A DNA stretch of 64,000 nucleotides from Podarcis gaigeae (Eukaryota): assembly GCA_964106915.2 (NCBI GenBank), contig OZ066914.1, one strand, 5' to 3'. Below, one piece after another: positions 23,856 through 34,618 of the stretch (position 1 is its first letter; every line of letters starts with the position of its first letter). The translations under genes were made by a program, and so were the position numbers. The notes beneath the pieces are model-generated. The model did no database searches. It was not told the origin of the DNA and worked only from the letters and a program-made list of their open reading frames with translations.

Positions 23856-25999
23856 TAAGCCTACCCTATCTTGGTTGCATATTTTCAGTAGTATGCTACT
23901 TCTCTTGGAGAAAGTGGGTGAGGTTGGCAGTCAGTTGTGTGTGGCACTGTGCAAAACCTGGAGCAAATACACTACCCAGTCTTCTTACTAAGGGTTCACC
24001 CACACTCCCCTTTGTCCCATGATTGCTTCTGTTTATCCCATTATTTCTAGGCATGGTCTGAGAGGTTCTTCTTTTTCCCCACAGCTCCTCTGTAAATCAG
24101 TCTGTATACATGTTTCATCAACACACTGTGGTTTTTCTGCTTTTGAAATACTGGGGTGTGTCATGGCACCAGGTGTTGCTGAGGTAGTGGGGCAGTGCTA
24201 TGTCACTGCCCCTTATGTGGCTATTGTGGGGGTGAGGCAGGGCAAGCTGAGTTTGGCGCTGTGTGAAGCCCTCTAGCACTGCACCAGTGTGCCTGCGAAG
24301 CCCTGACCTCACTACTATCCTGCCCTGCCTGGTACCACCCAGGTAAGTGGCAGTGGCACTGTGCTGTGCCACTGCATTCCTGAAATGCTCCAGTTTGCAC
24401 AAAAGTGGCATTTCAGGAAGGCACTCAGGTTACTTATCTATAGATTTTGTTAATCGTTTTTTATCACATTGTGCACTTAAGGCAGGACACAGTATAAATG
24501 AAACAATAAAAATCATACAGTTTCTATATGGTAATCCATAAAACAAGGAAGGATAAATGGTGTTCAGGTGCAGATATAGATACAAGAGCATCCACAAAGA
24601 TACTGAGAGTTTTTTTATTTATTTATGCATTTATTTTAAAATAGCAGAACGTGAAATGATATTGGTTTAACCACATATGCATAGGCATCAGTACAGTAGC
24701 TATGCATGTACAGCAAAGCTCTGTCCATTGCAGGACAAAACTGAATGAAAATGGATGTGAAAAGGTCACATGAAAAAGGTCAAAGGCTCTGAGGAGAAGT
24801 GGGGTAAACTTGGAAGGGGTACTATTTACTCGGATGACTGCCTTTGATTCCATGCTCACTGACATGCAGTGGAAGCATGATGGACAAATGCTGTACTTTG
24901 ACTTTCTAGAAGTCTCTCATCTCTTTCATGTGTTTTGCTTTCTTGGTCCAACATGGCATCTGCCCTTACTTACACCATATTTATTACTAGCTTCCTAGAG
25001 AGATTTGATATTATGTAATCGCCTTGTTATTTCTCCAATAAATCTAAAGCATTCATCTGTTTATTTATTTTAAAGTATTTATACGTCATCCTTGAAAAAC
25101 AATCTTACAGCTTCCAGTAAAATATAAAAAACACAGCACAAATAAACAATAATAAAAGCTTTATAAAACAGCAACGATAAAATCAAACAGCAAGTAAGAG
25201 AACAGGCTAAAACCCAAGTATCAACAGTAAAAACACACAAATTAACATGCCTGAGAAAATTTAAAAAATGCTTTTGCATAGTGCTGGCATGACATCAAAG
25301 TAGGTTATTGCAGAATGTAGGCTTCATTTCCCAATTCTCATATTTGAAGGGAATCCCTCACCATCCAGAATGGCTCCCCCCCCCCCCCGGCCCTTAAACT
25401 GCAATCTGCATCTCTGCTAGGGATATCATGAAACTGTGCCCAAAAGCTTGCCAAGATGCCTCCCTTAGGTGAGGAGGCCTTGTGTCCTGCATTGCCAAGA
25501 TTCCTTCAGAAAAGCAAGATGTGAAGGAAGGCATCTTCCCTTGTTTCACAAAGCTAGCAGAATCCAGCTCATGATTACTTAAAGACTTTGCAACACTGGT
25601 AGTGCTTTTAAAGACTTATTGTTATGCTTTACTAGTTAGGCCTTACATGTTGCCTCTCACCCTCAAGGACCTATCTGGTACTCTTCTATTCAGTTCTTCT
25701 CATAATCTAGCTTGGCAGAACTGTGGAAGGGTTATTTACAGAAACAAACTGCTGAATTTAGTGGGATTTACTACCAAGTGTGCATACGACTGTAGCTTTT
25801 CAGCATAATCCTATTGTTATTATTTACTCAGAACCAAATTCTTCTGTGTTTGATAGCTCATAGCCATCCAGTGCCTCTCAGAATTGCCAGATCTCTTCAT
25901 TTCTTGCATGCTGATGTCTTAACTTACTTTGCAAATGTAGCATATTAAATAAATTATGTGATATATAAAACCTAGCATGCATGGTGTTCTTAGTAATTA

Positions 26000-26158
26000 C
26001 TGTATTTTTCTGTGTATAAGACTAGGTTCCCTCCCTAAAAAATAATGTCAAAAATTAGGGGGTGTCTTATACTCTGGGCCACCTGCCCCCATTTTCTTAA
26101 ATCTGAGTCCCCAAAATAGTCTTATACATGGGGACATCTTATAGACGGAAAAATATGG
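26000..26158. mobile_element. Tc1/mariner (pogo/Tigger-like) MITE
   Basis: TIRs CTGTATTTTTCTGTGTATAAGA / TCTTATAGACGGAAAAATATGG with TA on both sides. Confidence 0.85.
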
Positions 26159-26989
26159 TATGTGCCACTTAAACCAAGGCCTTCGCAATTGTTTCCATAG
26201 AAAGGTATTGATAGTTCATCAGGACTATGTACTGTTATGAAAAAAGTCATTGTTTTTATGGTGTGGCTACCAATTAGGTAATTGTAAAGGCAATGAAACT
26301 GTGGAATAAAAACTGCATGTCTTGGAGGTTTTCCACTGAAAACAATAGAACTACTCGAGAAGTAGGTAGTATGGGGATTTTATTGAATTTACTTGTGGAG
26401 GATTGCTGATGCTGCAAGAAAACAAGGCCTATTCTTTTTGACCTTTTCATATATATTTATGGTCTTTTTTATTGATACTTCATGTTAAAAGCTGTCACTG
26501 AGAGCCATCCTAAGTGCTGCATTTTAGCTTTTTTGACTGATATACCCAAAGTGAAATATACTTGAAACCCTTGCCCTAGAATAGTTAAAAGCACCAGCCC
26601 ATGAAGGAGATAGATAGATTATACATACCTCTGTTTATTAATTTTATGACTTTGTATTTTGCTCTGCAGCATAAATGCAAACATTTATTATAGTAATTAT
26701 AGAAAAATAACTGATTGCTACAAAAGAATATTTCAATAATTTAAGTGCTCATTTGTGAACAACAGCAAAACTGCTGTCCCTACTGAACTCTATTTGTGCT
26801 TTTAGAGTGACAAGTGACTACATTCAAGTTGTTGCTGTCAGTATGAAATAAAGCCATTTTCTGTGCTGGTATTAATGGAGATGAAAATCCTTCTCCAAAT
26901 TGTTAACGTGTTTTCATGTTTGTCCTGAGGTAGTTTGCAATGGTATGGCCCAGTTGTCTTTTGACAGTGGTTATGACAGAATTCTTCTA

Positions 26990-27259
26990 GCAGGGCCAGT
27001 ACCATACATTTTGCTGCCTAAGGTGAAGGACAAGATGGTCCTTCTGCCAAATTCAACATCCACAATCCACCTGGACTGGCAGTTGAATCTTACTCTGACA
27101 CTGCTAATGGGACAATATATTCCACTGTATCTGAGGGCAGCAGACTACCTTAGGAGGTGCAGAGTAGGCTAGCTTAATTGATGTAGGAGGCATGCTGCTC
27201 CTCAGGATCTGCCATCTGAGGCAGTTGCTTCATTCTGCCTAATAATAGAGCCAGCTCTG
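26990..27259. mobile_element. Old hAT-like non-autonomous DNA element
   Basis: Degenerate ends CAGGGCCAG... / ...CCAGCTCTG. Its left end matches the reverse complement of 21770-21805. Confidence 0.5.
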
Positions 27260-28230
27260 GCTTCTGGTATCATTAATTCATCATAACTGTTTGCATGACC
27301 ACTATTACTACATGACCCTGGCTTTTGACACTTGAGCTGTACCCACCTTACTTTTGTGATTATAAGTTGTTTAAAACTGTTCTTAACATTGTGTTTTAAT
27401 TGTTGCCATGCACCCTGGGACTTTAGGGTGAAGGGCAAGATGATGATGATGATGATAACAATAATAAATTAATTAGCAGCAGTGACACTAAACTTTAAAA
27501 TGGTTTGTATTGCCAAGCACGCTCACATGGTTTGAAGCCATACAGTTTCACTAGTGGTAGTAACTGCTATAATTTCAGGGTAATAACTTCCGTGTGTGGA
27601 AATAGAACACCATTTGTCCTGTGAGTGAGCACATGACTAGTAAGAGGAAAAACTGACAATAAGACACTTGACACTCCATGTATATACCATTTTGCTGCTC
27701 AGTAAGTATGATTCTGGTATTGCCTTCTCAAGGACTTCTCAAGGACTTTCACTTGCAGAATAAGGCTTTCCCTCTTCTATCCCCACTACACAATCCCTAT
27801 GTCCCTGAATTTGGCTTTGAGGGGGTCAGGAGAATCCCTAGAAGCAGTGGGGGAGGGAGAAAGGAGGAATTGTTCTGTCTACCAAGTAAGAATGCTTATG
27901 CAGATGGAACAGTCGGAAGAGCACAATGTTGAATTCCACCTGGAACCTTTGTGACACTGAAAGTAGGACATTGTTTTTGTCATTCAGGAGACAGCTTATA
28001 GTTCTAGTTATAGCTCAGTGCTTTCAGGTTCCCCATAGGCATCTGGTTGGCCAGTGGGAGAATAGGATGCTGGATTAGATGGAACATTGACCTCATCTAT
28101 TCTAAGGTTCTTCAATGAAAGTTAACTTATAATCAGAAGGAAAGGCTAGCTGCTATTATGTTAACGGGTCGTGTTCTTTGGTAATGCTGAGCATTCAGTG
28201 CCTGTTTCTTGCCAAAAGCTCTAGTCACAG

Positions 28231-28576
28231 TGAACTGGTTTGTGCAGCATGGTTAAGCAAACTATGGCTTAGTAAGACTGCTCAAACATGTGGGATCTGG
28301 GAGAGGAGCTCTCAGCCACTTTTCTCCTCCCTAGCCATTTTTACTAAAGTGCTTTGTAGATCTAAGTCAAGGTTTGGCATAGTGTGCAATCCCATCTAGG
28401 CCTTGGGGCTAAGCTTTCTCCCCACTAACCATGGTATGTAGCCAAGAACTAGCCTTGCAACCGTAAAAAAAGGACCAGGGAAGAACAAAGTGTCTAAGCT
28501 CCTCACTGGAGGCATGCACATTTGCATGGTCTCACTAAGCCATAGTTTAACTTACCATGTCATGTGATCCAGGTCA
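28231..28576. mobile_element. Palindromic MITE with ~45-bp imperfect TIRs
   Basis: TGAACTGG...CATGGTTAAGCAAACTATGGCTTAGT pairs with ACTAAGCCATAGTTTAACTTACCATG...CCAGGTCA. Confidence 0.7.
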
Positions 28577-29286
28577 GTGCAACGGAAGAACTGAGTGCCA
28601 GGGCAGTCTCACTTTGAACTGGCCTTTGTGTCCCTTGTGTTGGATGGGTGGGCTGAGCCCTTGGCAACCCAGGTTAGGCAGATAAAGTGAACAATGGGGG
28701 CAGGTTGTTACTATCAACTGCTCTATGATTCTTTGAAATGGCAATATACAGAGAGGGGAGATGACCAGCTTGAAAAGTGTGCTAGAGACTCTTGCATACT
28801 CCTTCCAGCACAGCCAGTTCTATAGACCAAAGCTACCCAGGGATTAAAAATAAATAAAGGAACGAATAATTTTGAATCTCATCAGTACTGTGGAATATCC
28901 AAATTTAAAAGACAGGTTCACATTGATTTCCAGTAAGCATCGTCAGATTCAGTTAGCTGTAGTTCTTACTGCACTTGGGAACCAGCAGTCCTTCACAGTG
29001 CAATGCAAACATTGTTCTATATTTCAATACAAAGCAAGAGAAAAAAGCAATCTTGAAAAGTTGATTTTGCATCAGATTTGTTCCTTCAATTCCAGATATA
29101 TAAATATATCCAGCATATAATGTTTGCCTGTATTACAAATTGTGTGCTGTGTCCCTACAGTACCTTCTGCACAGCTTCAGGGCAGAGAGTAGAAATGATG
29201 GAGAACTGTTGGAGGACAGAACCATGAGGGCCATGTAGTTTGTGATGTGGCCCCTAAGAGAGGAAGATGCTGTTGATGCCCGGCTA

Positions 29287-29427
29287 GGGTTGCAATATTT
29301 GAAACAGTGAAAATCCAGACAGAAAAGTTACTGAGCTTTTTAAAGTTTTGCCCAAAAGCAGCAGTGCCAGCATAAACTGCCATAAGTCCAGATTTCCCCG
29401 AACATTCAGCCAGATAAATGGCAACCC
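29287..29427. mobile_element. MITE with GGGTTGC TIRs (possibly PIF/Harbinger-like; superfamily uncertain)
   Basis: GCTAGGGTTGCAATATTT ... AAATGGCAACCCTAGC inverted ends. Confidence 0.65.
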
Positions 29428-29500
29428 TAGCTGAACTACTTCTGGACATGGAATGGGGAGGGGGAGTACCATCTTGTCCTTTGCCTCAGACAGCCCTCAT

Positions 29501-29725
29501 CAGCTTTCTGTTAAAAACATTCCTGTTTAGACAAGCCTCCCCAGATGCTTAGTAAGTGGAGGTACGGTAATTTTAATCTATTTTAAGATCATAATTTTTG
29601 TATGTTTTAAAGTATGCTTGCGAATTTTTCTTGATTTTATTTTTTTAATCAATTTTTAAACTGCTTTGAGGTTGTTTTTTACGATCAAATGGTGTATAAA
29701 TTTTACGAAATAATAAATAAATAAT
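29501..29725 (+). mobile_element. L2-clade LINE 3' end
   Basis: TTAAAAACATTCCTGTTTAGACAAGCCTCCCCAG (KTFLFRQA, L2 ORF2 end), then a T-rich UTR and (TAAA)n tail. Confidence 0.65.
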
Positions 29726-31589
29726 GAAGCAATTAAATAGCTTGGAATAGGGTTCTCCACTTGACCTCTGCTCTAATTTCCTTTCTCCTTGGACACTCCG
29801 GTCCCCCCAGTCTGTGATGCTGTAGTTTGTTCCTGATACCACCCACTGGGGTTTGCCGCTCCACTTTCATCTCTCATGGGATGCCTTCCAGCTGACTTTT
29901 CTCCTTCCCCGGATTCTCCTTGGTCCAGGTCTGCCTCCATCCTCTGCCCTCTTCACAGCTGCAGCAGTTCAAGAGGTCTGGACTGGGCAGTGAGCTAACT
30001 TCCCCAGTATCTTCCATTGATGGGGAAGTAGATCACCACATCATGGTCTGCAACAATACCCAGCTGTCCTTTACAAGCTCATGTGTGACATTCTCATATA
30101 CCCTGCGCAACCAGATTTATTGCCTCTTAAATCACTCCTTTTTGCATTTGAAGAGCAGTGTTGTGAAGGTTATTGAGATGTTGGTCCAGTAAACAACATT
30201 TATCTATCCTTCCAGGTGGTGCCATAAGAAGGGAGAAAACAGAATTCAGCAGGAGGGGTAAAAGGGAAAGGCCAAGTCTAATATATTCAGCAGTAGCTGT
30301 GAAAGGGGTTGTGTAGTTGTGCCCATCTTACTTAGGAGGAGGAAGAAGCAGCTGTCATAGCAACTGCGCTTCTTATCCTCCCTGCCAATCCAGATTGAGA
30401 GTAATGTGAGGCACAAAGCATTGACCTCACTGAACTGGTTACATGTGCCATCAATGATGTCGTCACAGCGCTAAATCTCAGTAGCTGTTTGGCCTTATGA
30501 TGTCATCACATTCACATCATTTTCTGTGATTGGCTGGATTGCATTTTGGGGAATAATAAAGCTGGGGTCAGGGGGAAGACACTTTTTTTAAAAAAAAAAA
30601 AAGAATTGAAACAGGTAGTGAACAATGTGGATGAACTGATGCCAATAAGGTAAAATTTTGGGAGGGGTCTGTCAGGCAGGAAATTTGGGGACCTTTTTAT
30701 TGTTCTTGCCAAAGTCTCCTGCTGTGCAAAAAAATGTTCACCCATATACATTGAGTGGCACCTTAATTTTAAGATAATTGTTTAAGGTTTTTAATTTTTT
30801 ATTTATACTTAATCATAACAGGAAATGCATGTGTTTCAAATGAATAAAAGCATGTTGCTTGAAATATGGTGAAGGATGCTGCCTATTATGCCTTTCGCGG
30901 ATGGCACCTTTACACTTCACAGTGTCTTTCTTTGCTCTGTTTGCTCCCTCTGCAAGTGGTGAGTGAAGTTCCTTCTGAAGGCACACCTGTTTATATAGAA
31001 ATGTTTAGGATCAGTAAATATGCTGTCATACCAGATCAGACTATCATTTGTCTGTCTAGGATGGGCCACTCTGATTGACAGTGGTCCAAGTAAAGGTCTT
31101 TCCTGTCACCTACTAGCCGATCCTTTTATTTAAATTAGAAATGTCAGGAATTGAATATGGGATCATCTGCATTCAAAGCATGTGCTCTACCAATAAACTA
31201 TGGCTCTGAAGTGAGGCCTTTGTGCTCAGGGGCAGATTTTGCAATGACTGGAGCCCACCGGCAGCCTCAGATATTCCTGGAGTATAACCAGGCAAATGTC
31301 AGTGCAGCATAACCTCTGTACTGCCAAATCAGGAAGATCAACCAAAGCTGATTGTTATTGTGGAATTCTTGCTTATCTATTTATTTCAATCTTCTTCTTT
31401 TCCTGTAAGAACTCAAAGTGACTTGCAATAAAATAATAAATGCAAGTTCATAATACAAAAATGCAACAAAACACATTTTTTTAAAGCAATAATAAAAAGT
31501 CAGGCTGATTTGCCATTTTCTATCACTGCTGCAGAAGGAAAGTCTTATAATTGCCATTGTCCTCCAAAGTGCTCCCTAGAAGAACCACA

Positions 31590-31730
31590 TCTTGACAAAG
31601 TGATGAAAAGTACACAAAGATGTAGCGAGGTGGACTTTCCTGGGGAGGGCATTCCACAGTGTTGCTGCCATAATTGGGAAGGTCCTGCCCCTTGCATTCA
31701 CCCACCAAAGCTCAGTTCTCCTGGTACCTG
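31590..31730 (-). mobile_element. Old L2 fragment
   Basis: Minus-strand peptide RGRTFPIMAATLWNALPRKV matches the L2 'RAFSVAAPxLWNxLP' motif. Confidence 0.65.
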
Positions 31731-34479
31731 GAGCAGGCTTGACTGGAGAGTTTGGGAGACTGGACACAGTGTATGGAGCTAGCTATGTTAAGCAGGCCAG
31801 GAACATGACAGAGACTAGAATTAGGATGTTGTTTACATTGTAGGTGACACAGGAACACATGGCAAAACAAGCAACAACTGGAAGTTGGAAAACTAACAGT
31901 TCTGTGGCACCTGAAAGACTAAAATTTATTATGACATAAGCTTATAGCTTCTGACTGTAAATCTTGTTCTCATAAGGCAAATGTAGTGGGGGGGAGCTTT
32001 TATGAGAATTCAGAATATGCTAACTAAAAGGAGGGGAGCATTTATTGGGGAAGGCTATTTATTTATTAGGGAGAGTGCTGTTGCACACATGTACTGCTTG
32101 TGGTCTTTCTTCCAATAGGCATCTGGTTGCAGGAAAAAGCTGCACTAGATGAGCCTTTGGTCTGTTCCAGCAAGGTTATTCCTACATTCTTAATTACCTC
32201 TAATTTATCGCTCAGCAGCATCTATGTACATGGCACTTTACAAAGTAGCATAAGCAAAATTAGCCAGTCCCTTGCTCACCAGCAGCTTACATTCTCGATT
32301 TCAACAGAGGGAGGAGGGAAGGGGATAGTTTAGAGGGGGTATATCACCCCAGTCTTGTCTTTTGATCATGTCTTTACAATGGTTCTCCACAACAGCCAGT
32401 CATGCTACCAACCACTGGTTGGATTCTCTTCTCCAGACAACAGTTTTTGAGATATGAAAGGTGTGTCCAACTCTACAGCCAGGCCAACTGTTACTAAATA
32501 GTACAAGGCAGTTTGGATACTGCTGCAAGAAGGAAATGTTTGATCCCATCTCACAACCTCTAAACCTTTCTGTGATGTCTAAATATTTTTGTGGGGGTGG
32601 GTGGGTCTTATACTTCTGAAGCCATTGTAATAAATACTGTTACCCATCTGGGTACAAATACCTGACAACCCCTGAAGGTATCCAAGTGCTATAGAAATCT
32701 AACAGATTTTTTACAATGGCACACGTTACTGACCTGAATGGAGCAAGATTAGCATAAAACACAGAAAAACCAGAGTCTGTTATGATGTTACACTATCCAG
32801 TGTCACTCCGTCCTGCGTAAATCTGTATGTATCTTTCCAACTATGGAGTCTTTTGGGACAGAGCACTTATATTTCCAAGTGCTTCCATCATGTAATCCTG
32901 GCCTGCCTGAGCTACAGAGGCACCTTCCCCCACCCTCATAAAAATATTGATATCCACTGTCTAAACGCATCATCTTGGGAGCCTTTAGGAGGCAGAAATT
33001 CACTCACTTGATATAGAAAGGGAAGAAAGTGAGTGGAAATGGGCAAAACAAGTGATGCATAGTGTTGATGCCACAGGCAGCTCTTCTTATGAATTCTAAG
33101 CTGCAAAGCTGCTACCTTGGAAGTATCTTTTGGGGTGTGGGGAGTGACTTGTTGGAAACATGGTATTTTCTCTCCCTTTCTCTTTCCACTTCCTCTCTCA
33201 CACAAACCTTAGAAATGGAACTTCAGGTCCTATTCTGGAAACTGTCAAGCCCCCTAATTATTGTTTGGAAACCAACTGATACAACAGTCTGCAACAATTA
33301 CCAAAGTGACGTCTGTGGAGCCGCTCTCCTGCCGCCTCCCTCCACCTCTAGCTCTCTGAAATTCAACAGGAGCCAGTTCCCTGCCCTTTTCTAAGCTAGA
33401 CACCCCCTCCCGTCTCTCTCCCTGGCTGCCCACCGTGGATTTCCTTGCACACCTGAACGTTGCCCAGCTCTTACACTCTCTTGTTTGCTTGTTACTCTTC
33501 CGGTTAAGTAGGAAAGGATTTTAATTGCTGCTTCTGTAATGAGAGGGCAAGCGGAGGTGAATCATCAGAGGATGGAAAGGGTGGGGAGGGGGAGAGGAGC
33601 TTAGGTGGGCTAAAGAAAGAAAGAGAAGGGAAGGCAGGCTGCGATGACAGGGAAGGTGGCCCGAGCGAACTAAGGGGATTGAGGCGAGGGGAAGAGAGAG
33701 AGGAAGCCCCTTTGATCTTCGCCCAGGGCACTTCCCCTCTCCCTCAAGCGCACGCGACCCTCTCTTTCCCTTTACGCGGCTCGTCGCCTCCCAGCTTTTC
33801 CTGCCTCCTTTCAGGAAGTCCTGCCAAAGCTGCTTTGCAACAATGAGGATTAAAAAAAGAGATGGGGGTGTTGTCGTGCGGGGGGACGGGTGGGTGGTAG
33901 CGGTGACGCCCGGGGAAAACTGAGCTGTCATCTCTGTCTATATCCCTACCTCGGGTGGGTTTTTGTTTGTTTAGCTGGGTGGGTGGGGGGAGAGTATCAC
34001 GCGTGGAACAAATAGGAGAAGGGGGATCGCCGGCAAAAGCTGAGGAGGAGGTGGTGGTGGGTGGGGGAGAGAGAGAGAGAACGATCAGAGAGCAGGTCTG
34101 AACAATAGAGAGGAGAGGGGGCGGGCGCAGCGTGAGGCGCTACTGGTGTGTGCGTGTGTGTGTGTGTACACGCCTTTGGGGTAAAAACAAGAGGCGGAGG
34201 AGGCGGGGACCCCCCCCCCTCCCCGAGGACAGGCAGGAGTAGCCGAAGATCCCAGCAGACCCCCTGGCAGGGATGGGGCTCGCCCGGGCTGGCTGCTGCT
34301 GAAGGCTGCTCCATCCCTTCCCTCCCTGCTTTCTCTTCCCTACACGCCCTCCCTCCCCTCCTCCTCCCTCCTCCTGGCCTGTGTGTATGTGTGTGTGTGT
34401 CTCCTCTCTCTCTCTCGCCCCTCTCCTCTCCTCCTCCTCCCCCCCAACTCACTGGATGTTACCCAGCCGCCGGGATCGT

Positions 34480-34513
34480 TGCTGCTGCTGCTGCCGTGCC
34501 TGCTGCTGCTGCT
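34480..34513 (+). repeat. Interrupted (CTG/TGC)n repeat in the presumed KALRN 5' UTR
   Basis: (TGC)5 CGT GCC (TGC)4 TGA. Confidence 0.85.
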
Positions 34514-34545
34514 GAGCCCCCTGCTTCTCCTCCCCGAGCCCAGCC

Positions 34546-34618
34546 ATGAACCCCGCCGAGGGGGCAGCGGAGGAAGGGGCAGTTCCCGATTCCGAGGTGG
34601 ATGCCTTTTTCCGAACAG
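34546..34618 (+). CDS. KALRN: Kalirin RhoGEF kinase, first coding exon (exon 1B orthologue); partial CDS, phase-1 donor
   Basis: GCCATG Kozak context. Encodes MNPAEGAAEEGAVPDSEVDAFFRT plus the first base of G, closely matching the mammalian promoter-B N-terminus MNPPEGAAEEGGAADSDVDAFFRTG(SFRND...) as I recall it. 73 coding nt, then CAG|GTAAAG. Confidence 0.92.
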
